Source: a virus (lineage: Duplodnaviria > Caudoviricetes). From it: a stretch of DNA of 59,134 nucleotides. The notes beneath the pieces were generated by a model. That model was not told where the DNA came from. It saw only the letters and a program-made list of their open reading frames with translations, and made no database searches. The position numbers and the translations under genes are program-made. Of the stretch, positions 8,099 to 17,727 are shown piece after piece. The number at the start of each line of letters is the position of its first letter. The first letter of the stretch is position 1. The DNA lies in the IMG/VR virus record IMGVR_UViG_3300046012_000561, positions 1-59,134 of that record; one strand, written 5' to 3'.

Positions 8099-8448
8099 GC
8101 GGCCTCCAGCGCCTTCTCGGCGCGCACTTCGAGGGTGAGGATGCGGATGAGGACGGATGTGCGCGGGCGGCCGATGATCTTGTGAATCTGATATGGGGAC
8201 TTGCCTTCCGCGCCCAGCGCCAGCATCCGGGCGTCTTCTTCGGGGCTGAAGCCGCCACACTCTCGCCGCTTCACTTGGCCCCCGCCCTTCGGCCAGGGGT
8301 CGAGCCCCGCCCGGAGAAGGCGATAATTCACCGCCGACTCCGTAAGGGGAAACCGCGCCACCAGTTGCAGCACCGTCCAGCCTTCATCCTCGAATAGGCG
8401 GATCAGTTCATCGCCCTGTTCGGGCGTGAGCTTCTGGCGGTATTTCAT
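8095..8448 (-). CDS. Tandem Myb-like/GcrA-N-terminal-like HTH protein
   Basis: LTPEQGDELIRLFEDEGWT...SAVNYRL and FSPEEDARMLALGAEGKSPYQIHKIIGRPRTSV. Confidence 0.65.
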   Translation of the reverse strand: MKYRQKLTPEQGDELIRLFEDEGWTVLQLVARFPLTESAVNYRLLRAGLDPWPKGGGQVKRRECGGFSPEEDARMLALGAEGKSPYQIHKIIGRPRTSVLIRILTLEVRAEKALEAA

Positions 8449-8449
8449 G

Positions 8450-10309
8450 TCACCGCGCCTTTTTCTTGGCGGCCTTGGCCTTGGCGAGCTTCGCGGGCTT
8501 CTTGGCGCTGGGACCGGCATAGACCCGCGTCCGCAGCATCGGGGGGAGCCAGCCGGTGGCCTTGATTGCCGTGATGACGGGCAGGGCCAGCTTGGCCTCG
8601 CCGTCGCCCTCATGGGCTTTGCGCTGATCTTCACCAGCAGCTTCGGCCAGGATGCCGAGAAGGTGCTGCTTGCTGGCGCCGGCGACATAGGGCTTCGGGT
8701 CGAACCGCTTGGCCAGGCCAGCCTGCAGGTTCTTCTCGCCCACCAGGTCCACGATGGCCTGCGCGTCTTTGCTGCCGCTGAGATAGCCCGCCACGTTGCT
8801 GACCTTGCCGACCATGATCGCCAGCTTTCCGGCCAGCTTGTCGACCGGCAGTTTCCGCAGGTTGGCAAAAGCGGCGGCGAAGTCCTTGCCAGGGATCAGA
8901 TCGTCGGTGTGATCGTTGATGTCTTCCCAGGCGATGGCGCTGTTCCACCCGCAATGCTCCAGGGCAACCAAGAACAAGGCGAAAGCATCCTTCGGTTTGG
9001 CGGCGATCAAGTCGGCAAGGACGCTGTCCTGGATATCCCCCAGGTCACGCTCGACGGTCCCGCTGATGTCGGGGGTCTTTGGCGGCTCGGGTTCGCGCGG
9101 GACGGAAACGGCGCCAGACTTCTTCTTCGCCGCCGTTTTCGGCTCGACCTTGCGGACCAGGCCGCCGGTGTAGCTGACGGCGCCCTCGGCGGTGAGCATT
9201 GCAATCACGCCGGACTTGGCCTTCTGCTCGCCGGTAAATGATCGCATGTCACACGCCGTTTCGATCCGGCTTTCCTCGTCACTCAGCCGCCGCTCCAGCA
9301 GGTGGTCCTGTTGGTTCCAGGGCAGCTTGTCGTTGGCCTTCGTTGCCGCCTTGATTTCAGCCAGGCGGGACTTTTCTTCGACGGTCCATTTGCGCGCGAC
9401 ATTCAGCCTTCCATAGCCGTGGTGCATGAAGTTCGGGGCCATCTGGGTTTCCACCCAGGACCAGCCCTGACCTTCCAGGTGGGTGGCAAAGCCCGCCATC
9501 TTGTCCTTGGCCAGCTTCTCCAGCAGCTTCATGTCCTTGACGTTGCCGCCCTCGCCAAAGAAGTCTTCCGTCACCTCGCCCCCAGCGGCGCGGTAGGACT
9601 CGACCCCGACAAAGCCCAGCAGGCGCTTCATCTCCGGTTCTTTGTTCCGCATCAGCGAGCGGCGGATTTTGTTGACCTTGAGCATGAAGCCGTTCGCCAG
9701 GCCGTCATTCAGGGCCTTCACCTGGCTTTCGAAATCCGATGCGATGGTGAAGACTTCGACCAGTTCGCGGGTCAGCTTTCCATCCCGCCATGCGGTGATG
9801 ACCTCCGGGGCCAGAGCGGAGCCGAGCGCGATGGCCTGCTTCACCGCCTTGAGAGTCATGCCGCGCGCCTTGGCGATGTCCTCCGGGGGCGTGTCGGCCG
9901 CCAGCCGGGCGAATGTCGCCGCCTGGTCGGCGGGGTGCAACTGCACCGCCTGATTATCGGCCAGGGAGAGAGACAGGGCCTTCTCAACCGGGATCTGGCC
10001 GTGGTCCTTGATTTCGATGTGGTGGTCCTTCGGCAACCTGCCGGCACCGATCAAGCGTTCATAAGCGAGCCGGCGCCGACCACCGCCGAAGACATAGAAG
10101 ACGCCAGCCTTTTTGGGATGGGTTGCGACCAGGAAGGGGCGAAGCTGCCCGTCCTGCTCGGGCATGAGGCTGGCGGCCAGTTCGTCAATCTCGGCGTCGG
10201 TGTAGGTGAGACGGGCATTGATATTGCCGTCTGGATAGTCCTGGCCGGGCTTGAGCTGGGCCAGGGTGGCGACGCCTATGGCGGCAGAAATCTTGGCATG
10301 CGCGTTCAT
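8450..10309 (-). CDS. ParB/RepB/Spo0J-family protein with long C-terminal extension
   Basis: NAR...IDELAASL...GGGRRRLA arginine patch, LHPADQA, HTH PEDIAKARGMT; alternative start at 10375. Confidence 0.85.
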   Translation of the reverse strand: MNAHAKISAAIGVATLAQLKPGQDYPDGNINARLTYTDAEIDELAASLMPEQDGQLRPFLVATHPKKAGVFYVFGGGRRRLAYERLIGAGRLPKDHHIEIKDHGQIPVEKALSLSLADNQAVQLHPADQAATFARLAADTPPEDIAKARGMTLKAVKQAIALGSALAPEVITAWRDGKLTRELVEVFTIASDFESQVKALNDGLANGFMLKVNKIRRSLMRNKEPEMKRLLGFVGVESYRAAGGEVTEDFFGEGGNVKDMKLLEKLAKDKMAGFATHLEGQGWSWVETQMAPNFMHHGYGRLNVARKWTVEEKSRLAEIKAATKANDKLPWNQQDHLLERRLSDEESRIETACDMRSFTGEQKAKSGVIAMLTAEGAVSYTGGLVRKVEPKTAAKKKSGAVSVPREPEPPKTPDISGTVERDLGDIQDSVLADLIAAKPKDAFALFLVALEHCGWNSAIAWEDINDHTDDLIPGKDFAAAFANLRKLPVDKLAGKLAIMVGKVSNVAGYLSGSKDAQAIVDLVGEKNLQAGLAKRFDPKPYVAGASKQHLLGILAEAAGEDQRKAHEGDGEAKLALPVITAIKATGWLPPMLRTRVYAGPSAKKPAKLAKAKAAKKKAR

Positions 10310-10334
10310 GTCGGTGTTCCCTCTTGGTGGTTGG

Positions 10335-11093
10335 TCAGGCGTTGGTGGTGGGGTTGGCGGCGCGGGCGCGTTCATCCAGCCAGTACCGGGCTGTGAACAT
10401 CGCGTCCTCGTCGAAATCCTTGTCGAGCATCCAGCGCAGGAAGCCGCTGTCCACTTCGGACCAGAGCTTCCAGCGTTCCTTGCCTATGTGGCAGCGGATC
10501 AGCAGGGCTGGCTGGCTGCTGCGCTTCACCAGGTGTTCGATCAGCGCGCCGCCGTTCAGCATGTCCCGCAGGTGGAAGGCGGTCACATAGGCGTCGGGCC
10601 CTGCACGGTGGGCGACGCTGGCGATGCTGCGGTCCAGGCCTTCCGGCTTTCGCGAGTAGCGCAGCGCCTGGTTGGAATGGCTGGGGGCGTCCTTCCAGAT
10701 GCGCAGGGCGCATTTGTAGGTGCAGATCCACTGCTTGCCGCCGGTCATCTCGTCCACGATGAAACTGCGTTCGAAACGGGCATTGTGGGCGGCGAAAAGA
10801 TCAACGGATGGATCGTTCAGGACTGGCGACGTTCCGAGATCAAGCATGGGCGCCCCAAAAACATCCTCGTCGATGATGTGATGGATGGCCGAAACTTCGG
10901 GCGGGATCGGGATGCCCGGATTGATGAGGACGGCGTGCGGGGCCTCGACCACCCACCCGCTGGGGCGCTTCACGCCTTCCAGGAAGTCCTCCTGCATTTC
11001 GGTGGAGACCACATCGCACCAGCCGATCTCGCAAATCTTCGCCTCGGGCGGCTCCATGCCAGTGGTCTCAATGTCGATGACGCGGATTCTCAT
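10335..11093 (-). CDS. DEDDh 3'-5' exonuclease (exodeoxyribonuclease X-like)
   Basis: IDIETTG, AAHNARFE, WICTYK, AHRAGPDA; C-terminal IGK...WSEVDSGFLRWML. Confidence 0.9.
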   Translation of the reverse strand: MRIRVIDIETTGMEPPEAKICEIGWCDVVSTEMQEDFLEGVKRPSGWVVEAPHAVLINPGIPIPPEVSAIHHIIDEDVFGAPMLDLGTSPVLNDPSVDLFAAHNARFERSFIVDEMTGGKQWICTYKCALRIWKDAPSHSNQALRYSRKPEGLDRSIASVAHRAGPDAYVTAFHLRDMLNGGALIEHLVKRSSQPALLIRCHIGKERWKLWSEVDSGFLRWMLDKDFDEDAMFTARYWLDERARAANPTTNA

Positions 11094-11530
11094 GCCTTCT
11101 TCCTTCCGAAGCTGGAGCGTTGCGAGACGGGAGGGCACGCGCACTCATCGGCGTACTGACCGCAGCGGCCGCAGCGCGCATGCACGGGGCCGCCCACCGG
11201 CAAAACCAGAGGTTTCTTGTCCACTCGAAACTTCTCGATGCGCCCTGGATTGTTGGCCTTGGCGCGGCGGTTGCTGCTGCTGCCGGCGGTGGTGGCGCCG
11301 TTGCCATTGGTGATGACCTTGTGGCAATCGGTGTGCGAATAGGCACAGTTGTCGGGCTGGTCCTTGCCGCCGATCGCCAGCTCGTGCAGGTGTTCCTTCT
11401 GGACGTTCTTGGCTTTCAGGTCTTCCGCCTTGAAGACGACCCTGCACCGCTTGCATGGGACGATAGCGCCCTGGGCGATCAGGACCGCCAGGACTTCCAT
11501 TTCCCGAAACTGTCGGCGGCTATGCCCCAT
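11090..11530 (-). CDS. HNH-like endonuclease
   Basis: CKRC...EHLHELAIGGKDQPDN...HTDCH. Confidence 0.7.
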   Translation of the reverse strand: MGHSRRQFREMEVLAVLIAQGAIVPCKRCRVVFKAEDLKAKNVQKEHLHELAIGGKDQPDNCAYSHTDCHKVITNGNGATTAGSSSNRRAKANNPGRIEKFRVDKKPLVLPVGGPVHARCGRCGQYADECACPPVSQRSSFGRKKA

Positions 11531-11729
11531 AATAGGTCGCCTCCCGCATCGGCTCCGGGAAATACTTCCGCACCAGGGCGTCAATCCCCAGCTGCGCTTC
11601 CTCGTCGGTGATTTCGATGGTCTTGACGACGCGACCCAGCCGGCACGACATCCTGGGATCGCGCGGCGCGCCATATTCGATGGCATGCATTGGCGTTCCC
11701 ATGTGGAGTTCGCGCTGGAAGCGGGGCAT
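11520..11729 (-). CDS. Hypothetical protein
   Basis: Coupled ORF. Confidence 0.55.
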   Translation of the reverse strand: MPRFQRELHMGTPMHAIEYGAPRDPRMSCRLGRVVKTIEITDEEAQLGIDALVRKYFPEPMREATYYGA

Positions 11730-12253
11730 CAGGCCGACCTCGCCTGGCGCAGGTCTTCGGTCTTCACCCCGATCATGCTGGCGAGAAACGAGAGGACGTC
11801 GTCCTTTGAACTCTGAAAGTCATCCTTTCCCATGCGGGTGGACTGGGATTGCGCGGTATAGACGGTCACTACCGATCCGGCGGGGGGAATATCCACCACG
11901 GCGAACTCATCCAGGCTTCGGGCAAGGGCTGCCACACGCATGGCATCTGCCCTGGTGCCGCATGTCACGACATGGCTGTTGTGCCAGCCGGTGCGGATCA
12001 GGGCGTATTTGCGAAGGTGATCGGAGCTTGGGAATCGCTCGGCCAGGATTTCCGGCAGGTTCTTCCAAGCGCTTTCCACCGAAGCGAAGTAATGATTGTG
12101 GCTTGCGGTGGAGCGGGCTTCCTGCTCGGTGATGTGATAAATCTCGCCGGCAGCCCACCGCTGCTCAGCCCGCTTCGTCCATGCGGCGTTGACGGGACGC
12201 AGTGCCCGATTGGTCGAGTCCCAATACATCTCGATGGGCACGCCGCTGCTCAT
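11729..12253 (-). CDS. NinB/DUF1367-like recombination accessory protein
   Basis: RSTASHNHYFA, HLRKYALI, SQSTRMGKDDF; sits in the recombination module. Confidence 0.6.
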   Translation of the reverse strand: MSSGVPIEMYWDSTNRALRPVNAAWTKRAEQRWAAGEIYHITEQEARSTASHNHYFASVESAWKNLPEILAERFPSSDHLRKYALIRTGWHNSHVVTCGTRADAMRVAALARSLDEFAVVDIPPAGSVVTVYTAQSQSTRMGKDDFQSSKDDVLSFLASMIGVKTEDLRQARSA

Positions 12254-12783
12254 GCCGACCTCGCAAAGTCGCCAAAGTGCAGATTTGCCGCCGCGACATA
12301 AGCCGCATGGGCTAATTCAGGCGTATCAAAAATGCCCAGATGTTTTTGGGTGCCATCAATACAGATCATCGCCTGGAAGCGACCATTCGGCCTGGGTCGG
12401 ACCCCTTTTAGCCCAACCGTATTGCGCTTATTGAGGCGCGAGTTGTGCATATTCGTCGTTTTAGTGGCGCTTCGGAGATTGCACCACTTGTTGTTCAGGC
12501 CATTTCCGTCCCGATGATCGACCAAGGCCGGAGGCCAAGCGCCCGTCATATAGAGCCACGCCAGGGTATGAGCTTCCGTTGTGCGCCCTACAATCGTGAT
12601 CCGCCAATAGGCGCTACCGTCTGGCTTGCTGGACGCCCATCCTGCGGCCTTGCCGGAATACCTCGCGTTCCACTCTTGGCGGGCATTCTGGCGGTGACGC
12701 CATATGAACGCGCCTGTCTCAGGCACATAGGTGAGGATAGATTTCAACGTGGCCTGGTCTAAACGGAGCTTCCATGGGGTCAT
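12250..12783 (-). CDS. HNH homing endonuclease with AP2 DNA-binding domain
   Basis: YVPETGAF, HTLAWLY, VDHRDGNGLNNKWCNLR, GLKGV...HLGIFDTPELAHAAY. Confidence 0.9.
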   Translation of the reverse strand: MTPWKLRLDQATLKSILTYVPETGAFIWRHRQNARQEWNARYSGKAAGWASSKPDGSAYWRITIVGRTTEAHTLAWLYMTGAWPPALVDHRDGNGLNNKWCNLRSATKTTNMHNSRLNKRNTVGLKGVRPRPNGRFQAMICIDGTQKHLGIFDTPELAHAAYVAAANLHFGDFARSA

Positions 12784-13412
12784 GCGGACGCCCCGCAAGC
12801 ATCGCTAAGGCTACGAATCCTTGCTTCCATCTCGGCAAGCTCTTCATTGAAGAGTGAAACGGCTTTCGCCAACGCGGCGATGTATACTTCATCGCGATAA
12901 ATGCGCGCCTTGAACGGCGGTAATTTCGGCCAAGAGACAACCAAGTCGATCCATTCGCGACCTGCCACCCAAAGGCCACCTTGACATTGAGCCTTATGTT
13001 CTGACGGCGCCTCATTCTTGAGCAGAAGGTCGATCACGATGTGAGGCAGAGCGGATTTGAACTCCACCATGCCGTTCTTCCCAATCAAGCCGTCAGGGCT
13101 GCACCCCTTATCGCCGTTCCGGATGAACCCGACCTGAGTGACCGGCTCATCGTTCATGAAAGCGTACAGGGCGCGCGCCTCATCTTCCTGTTCCTTGCCG
13201 CGCTCCATGTGCGCGTTGGAATAGCTTTCCGCGACGGTGCCCGTAATGCGCTCGCCCACCAGTTCCCGCATGTATTTGGCGCGGGTCAGGCTGGGACCGC
13301 CGCCCTTGCCAGACGCCATGACGGTGGAAAACATCGAGGCAGTCGGAAGTCCAAGGCGGGCCGCATGCCATTCCGGCGTTCCCTGTTCACAATCGAAAAT
13401 CTGGAGCGGCAT
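12780..13412 (-). CDS. YqaJ/lambda-exonuclease-family protein
   Basis: EQGTPEWHAARLG.PTAS, MERGKEQE, CSPDGL, VEFK, QCQGGLWV. Confidence 0.9.
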   Translation of the reverse strand: MPLQIFDCEQGTPEWHAARLGLPTASMFSTVMASGKGGGPSLTRAKYMRELVGERITGTVAESYSNAHMERGKEQEDEARALYAFMNDEPVTQVGFIRNGDKGCSPDGLIGKNGMVEFKSALPHIVIDLLLKNEAPSEHKAQCQGGLWVAGREWIDLVVSWPKLPPFKARIYRDEVYIAALAKAVSLFNEELAEMEARIRSLSDACGASA

Positions 13413-13419
13413 GTTTTCC

Positions 13420-14328
13420 TCAGTAGGAAATTGCGACGGCGGGAATGGCCTTCTTGGCGATCAGGATCACCACCTGCTTTGCGATTTCCTCGCTCAGCCC
13501 CCCTGCTATGAAGGCAGCGACGGCAGCGCGATTGATTGCAGCCCTGCGGGCGACTTCAGGATCAGGGGCGGGCGCGGGCGGCGCTGCAGCGGGCGCCGAA
13601 GTGGCCGCGGGCTGTTGCTGGCTGGACGCCGGCGGTTCTGGCGCTGCCTCCTGCGGTTTGGCAGCTTCTTCTTCGAGCTCGCGCACCACTGCGGCCTGAC
13701 GATCCGCTTCCGCGCGATCGGCGGCTTCCTGGCGCAGACGGGCCAATTCTGCCCGATCTGCTTCAAGAGTGGTGGCACCGGCCAGGGCTTCGGTCAGAGA
13801 GGCGTGGGCCGCATCCTTCGCCCGCTGGTATTCCGCCTCGAATTCCTCGCAAGCCGGGCCGACTTGGACGCTCTCGACATAGGCCAGGCTTTCTTTCAGG
13901 CCTGCGATGTCCCGCCCGGCGGCATTGCGCGAGAGCTCGTTCAGGAGCGTCAGGGCGTCGGTGTGCTTCTTGACCCGCGCTTCCTCGGCAGCCTCAAAAT
14001 CTGTCAGCGGTTTGCGGACTTCATCCCGCCAGGCATCGAGCGTGTCCTTGATCTTCTTCCGGCAGGCGTCGATCTTTTTCGGGATTTCCTTCTGCTCGTC
14101 GGCCAGGGTCTTGCCGACACCTTCCAGATAGGTTTTGGACTGCGCCACCTTGTACGCCATCGAGGCAATCGCCTTGCGGCTGGCGGCCGTGGTCATGTCG
14201 GGCACGAAGGCCTCAATCTCGGCGCGGATCATCGCGAGGTAGGGATCAATCGCCTTGTCGGTAGTGAAAACCGAGAAGGCGGATTCCTTCGGGATGGTGA
14301 CGAGCTGGGTGGGGGCTTCCGCGTTCAT
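13420..14328 (-). CDS. Coiled-coil phage protein associated with the recombination module
   Basis: RKAIASMAYKVAQSKT...RKPLTDFE; long Ala/Glu-rich helices. Confidence 0.75.
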   Translation of the reverse strand: MNAEAPTQLVTIPKESAFSVFTTDKAIDPYLAMIRAEIEAFVPDMTTAASRKAIASMAYKVAQSKTYLEGVGKTLADEQKEIPKKIDACRKKIKDTLDAWRDEVRKPLTDFEAAEEARVKKHTDALTLLNELSRNAAGRDIAGLKESLAYVESVQVGPACEEFEAEYQRAKDAAHASLTEALAGATTLEADRAELARLRQEAADRAEADRQAAVVRELEEEAAKPQEAAPEPPASSQQQPAATSAPAAAPPAPAPDPEVARRAAINRAAVAAFIAGGLSEEIAKQVVILIAKKAIPAVAISY

Positions 14329-15155
14329 TTGCCGGTTCCTGTCTGGCCCGCCTTGGAGCCTTTGAGATTGAGGTTGGTGATGGCCTTCTCGTAGTCCTTG
14401 GCCAGAATGTCGGGCACGCTGTCGGCACCCATGAATTTGCAGAACAGTTCGGGGTCTGCCTTCACGCGCGCGATCAGGTCGTTGACCTTTTCCACCTGTT
14501 CGGCGGTCAGCTTCCCGGGATCGCCGCCGGTCTTGCCGTCGTCGTCCTCGCCTTTGAAGTGGAGATTGAGCAATGCCCCGGCGGTGTAGCGCTTGCCATA
14601 AGCGATGCTGGAACCAGTGGCCTGGACATTGTTCTTGCTGCCGGACGTATCCAGCGGCAGCGCCATGACGGATTCTTCGCAATGTCCCAGCTCGTGGGTG
14701 ACCACTGCCGTCACCAGCACTTTGCCGTCTTCCAGATAGCCGGTCTTGTGCGTGAGGGTGAAGCCGTGCCGGTTGAGGATGGGCGTGATCGCCGCGTCAA
14801 TATCCTCCCACTTGGGATAGGGCGTGGTCTGGATCAGGTATGCGTCTGTCTTTTCCTTGCCCTTCTCGTGAATCTTGATGAGGCCGCGCTTCTCGATGAT
14901 CGGAAGTTCCAGCTTCACCTTGAGCATTTCGCGGGTGTAGGCGGCCTTGGCCTCGTCCGCCTTCACCGAGCGGGCCAGGTTGACCAGGGTGGTGATTTTC
15001 TCCGCGCTCACATTCGGATCGAAGGCGGCGCGCTCGATGATGTTCAGCAGCGTTCCAGTTTCGGTGGTCGGCACGGCAGGCAGAGCGGCGGGCACCTGTT
15101 CGGATGTTGGGGCCAATTCGGTCTTCGGCCTTTCGACCAGGGCGGTCTCGCTCAT
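14325..15155 (-). CDS. erf: ERF-family single-strand annealing protein
   Basis: HELGH, NNVQATGSSIAYGKRY, EDDDG motif. Confidence 0.88.
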   Translation of the reverse strand: MSETALVERPKTELAPTSEQVPAALPAVPTTETGTLLNIIERAAFDPNVSAEKITTLVNLARSVKADEAKAAYTREMLKVKLELPIIEKRGLIKIHEKGKEKTDAYLIQTTPYPKWEDIDAAITPILNRHGFTLTHKTGYLEDGKVLVTAVVTHELGHCEESVMALPLDTSGSKNNVQATGSSIAYGKRYTAGALLNLHFKGEDDDGKTGGDPGKLTAEQVEKVNDLIARVKADPELFCKFMGADSVPDILAKDYEKAITNLNLKGSKAGQTGTGK

Positions 15156-15421
15156 GTCGTCTCCTTGGTGGTGTTGAAATGATCCCGCCCGATAGCGACG
15201 GCGGCGCAATAGGTGATCGGGCTTGCGGGCTTGCCGTAGGTGAAGGGCTGGCCTGCCATGGGCTTGAAGCCGTCCCGGCGCAGGCGGAGCCTGACCAAGG
15301 CAGACGGCGGCGCGGTCAGGACGATGCGGGTTCGGTGGCGACCATCCATGATCGCCATGCCCTCGTATTGCTCGATGAGCCTGGGCGGTTCTTCCGGGGT
15401 CTGGATGGTGCGACGGATCAC
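15152..15421 (-). CDS. Hypothetical protein
   Basis: GTG start overlapping the upstream stop. Confidence 0.5.
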   Translation of the reverse strand: MIRRTIQTPEEPPRLIEQYEGMAIMDGRHRTRIVLTAPPSALVRLRLRRDGFKPMAGQPFTYGKPASPITYCAAVAIGRDHFNTTKETT

Positions 15422-15618
15422 AGCTGCGGCGCCTGCCAACCGGCGAGAGCCATCAGCCCGCCGCAGACCAGGGCGAGGATTCCCAGCGTCACCAGGACGG
15501 GCAGCACCCACTCCCGGTGCTTGAGATAGACCCGGCGGCGGGTGCCGCTGTGCGTCGCGGGCGGGACGTAGGGCGGCTCGTAGATGGGCTGGAACCTGCC
15601 CTTGAAAGTCGGCGTCAT
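15418..15618 (-). CDS. Small membrane protein
   Basis: WVLPVLVTLGILALVCGGLMALAGW TM segment; AGGAGG RBS. Confidence 0.6.
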   Translation of the reverse strand: MTPTFKGRFQPIYEPPYVPPATHSGTRRRVYLKHREWVLPVLVTLGILALVCGGLMALAGWQAPQL

Positions 15619-15631
15619 TGAAGCCTCCTGC

Positions 15632-15952
15632 CTAGCAATCGTTGATCTGCACCAGTTCTTGGTGCTGCCGAACGCGCTCAAGCTGATCCGCGAAGTCGGG
15701 CTGGAAATGCTCGGCTACAGGCCCACGCCCGACGCCGCTGACGGTCTGTGTCCCGCAGCCAGGGCATTCCCAAAGATCGCCCGACCACAATTTGTACGGC
15801 TTCCAGAAAGCCACTTCCGATTTGCCGGGCACTGCCATATGGCGGTCTTGCGTTCCGCACGCAGGGACTTCGGTCGGCATAGCTTCGATAAAGAAGTGGC
15901 CGTTCTTCTTCACTCGGTAGAATCTTTGGCAAGCAATGCAGACAGGTTTCAT
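15632..15952 (-). CDS. Zinc-ribbon protein
   Basis: CIAC...PYKLWSGDLWECPGCG. Confidence 0.7.
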   Translation of the reverse strand: MKPVCIACQRFYRVKKNGHFFIEAMPTEVPACGTQDRHMAVPGKSEVAFWKPYKLWSGDLWECPGCGTQTVSGVGRGPVAEHFQPDFADQLERVRQHQELVQINDC

Positions 15953-15953
15953 T

Positions 15954-16100
15954 TCAAAACTCCCCCCTGATTTCCTTGGCGATCTGGCGAAGACGGTCAG
16001 CGACCGAGCCGCGCTTGCCCTTGGCGATGCGGTCCAGCCAGGACGCATAGCTTTCGCGTTCGGCGCCGGTCATGCAGGGCAGCAGCTCGCGGTCCATCAT
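15954..16100 (-). CDS. Hypothetical protein (48 aa)
   Basis: Manual: MMDRELLPCMTGAERESYASWLDRIAKG...; coupled start. Confidence 0.5.
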   Translation of the reverse strand: MMDRELLPCMTGAERESYASWLDRIAKGKRGSVADRLRQIAKEIRGEF

Positions 16101-16351
16101 GGCGCGTCGGCCTCGGACTCGCTGGCGTCGATAAAGGCTTGCTGTTCCGGCGTGGGCGTCCAGTCGCGCGGCATCTGGCGCACGGCATCCGCGATCCTGT
16201 CCTGGCGCTCGTCCTCGCGTTCCTCACGATGGCGGCGGCAAAGGCAAATCCATTCTTCCCGCTTCCGCATGTCGGCGATCTGGACGTAGGCCTCTGGCTC
16301 GTCGTCGGTGTCCACCAGGTCGCCGCACCTGGAACAGCGATCAATGCTCAC
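16097..16351 (-). CDS. Hypothetical CxxC protein
   Basis: CSRCG...CLCRRH; coupled. Confidence 0.6.
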   Translation of the reverse strand: MSIDRCSRCGDLVDTDDEPEAYVQIADMRKREEWICLCRRHREEREDERQDRIADAVRQMPRDWTPTPEQQAFIDASESEADAP

Positions 16352-16545
16352 TTCATGCCTCCCGCGCCGACGTCATGTTCCAGGACAAGATGTTTTGCGA
16401 TTGCCTGGGCCAGCACCGGATTGTCGTAGGGGCCAATCTGGACGCCCTGGAAATTTCCAGCGATGAAGGCGCGCAGGACCGGGATGGGCGCAGCGGTCAG
16501 CGGCATCTCCTGGTCGTCGTCGAGGGTGATGGTGGGGGCTCTCAT
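16348..16545 (-). CDS. Hypothetical protein
   Basis: ATGA coupling. Confidence 0.5.
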   Translation of the reverse strand: MRAPTITLDDDQEMPLTAAPIPVLRAFIAGNFQGVQIGPYDNPVLAQAIAKHLVLEHDVGAGGMK

Positions 16546-16925
16546 GGCGCCACCGCGCAGCTGCTGCAGACGTTCGGCGCGGCCCAACTGCAGCCGCCAG
16601 GGCAAGCCCTGTCTTCCGTGCAACCGCACTTGATGCACATTTCAGGCAGGTGGCGCAGGGCATCGCGGCCGGTGACGGTCAGCTTCAGGCGCTGCTTAAA
16701 GCCGGTGCCGACGACCACAAGCTCTGGTGTCGTGCCTGCGAGCAGCTTGCCCACGGCGCTGCCGGAAAATGTGGTGCTGACCGTGACTGACACTTGGCCG
16801 GTGTTGAAGCGATTACGGACTGACGGGCTTCTGGTGGCGCGCCAGCTACGGCCTTCGCGCACCAGCGGATGCCGTGCGGCCTGCAGGAGGCGCGCCATCT
16901 TGGCGGTATAGCGGGCCTGGCTCAT
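16542..16925 (-). CDS. Phage protein with C-terminal Cys-rich domain
   Basis: CIKCGCTEDRACPGGCSW...CSSC motif recurrent in phages. Confidence 0.7.
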   Translation of the reverse strand: MSQARYTAKMARLLQAARHPLVREGRSWRATRSPSVRNRFNTGQVSVTVSTTFSGSAVGKLLAGTTPELVVVGTGFKQRLKLTVTGRDALRHLPEMCIKCGCTEDRACPGGCSWAAPNVCSSCAVAP

Positions 16926-17365
16926 GCCGCACCGTCCGGGCCGTGGAAGTGGTCGCAATGGCGGCAGCAGCCGCGCCCATCGCTCTGGAAATTTTCACAG
17001 ACGGGCTTGCCCGGGCCTTCAATGCCGGTCAGGGCGCGAGCCTTGGTGATCAGGCTGCGCAGCGTGTCCTGGGCGTCGTCGTCGGATTGCTGTAAGGCTT
17101 CCAACCCGCCTTCGCCATCATCTTGCGCCTCGCCGTCCAGCAGTAGGCGGGCGACCAGGGCGGCGAAAGCGTTCAGGCCTTCATGGGCCTGGCCCATCTT
17201 GAGCAGCGCGTCCCGGTCTGCCTCGGTGTGACAGCGCGCGACTTCGCGCCCATCCCTGCCGGCGATGATGCCGAAATCGCCGCTGCCATGACGGGCCGGA
17301 AACCAGCCCTCCCGGTCCCTGCGCTCGATGTCGGCGCCGGCCGCCGCAAGGCGAGGGCTGGTCAT
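16922..17365 (-). CDS. Hypothetical protein
   Basis: GGAGG RBS, coupled. Confidence 0.6.
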   Translation of the reverse strand: MTSPRLAAAGADIERRDREGWFPARHGSGDFGIIAGRDGREVARCHTEADRDALLKMGQAHEGLNAFAALVARLLLDGEAQDDGEGGLEALQQSDDDAQDTLRSLITKARALTGIEGPGKPVCENFQSDGRGCCRHCDHFHGPDGAA

Positions 17366-17727
17366 CAGCCGACCTCCCCAAAATCTGCCGGGACAGTGAC
17401 GACAATGCGCTGGCGCAGTTCGCTGACCAGCTTGAGCGCCTTACAAAGTTCAGCCTCAGCATGGGTCAGGCTGCGCTCGACAAATTCGCGGGAAGATTTG
17501 CGCGCTTCCAAAAGCTCCGAGACAGCGCGATTGATCGCTTCCAAAGCGTCGGCCTGCATTTCAGCAAGCTGACCATCGGCGGCGATGGGGCATTCACCGG
17601 CCCACATATTCGGGCGACCAGGCCAGAACTTGGGGGCCTGAGCGTTCTTGTCTCCGCTCATGCGCCGGAGCGTCAGCCTGTCTTCGGCAGCCTTGGACCA
17701 GGTCGGGATTTCGGCCGCGCTGCTCAT
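17365..17727 (-). CDS. Hypothetical protein
   Basis: Coupled ORF. Confidence 0.55.
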   Translation of the reverse strand: MSSAAEIPTWSKAAEDRLTLRRMSGDKNAQAPKFWPGRPNMWAGECPIAADGQLAEMQADALEAINRAVSELLEARKSSREFVERSLTHAEAELCKALKLVSELRQRIVVTVPADFGEVG

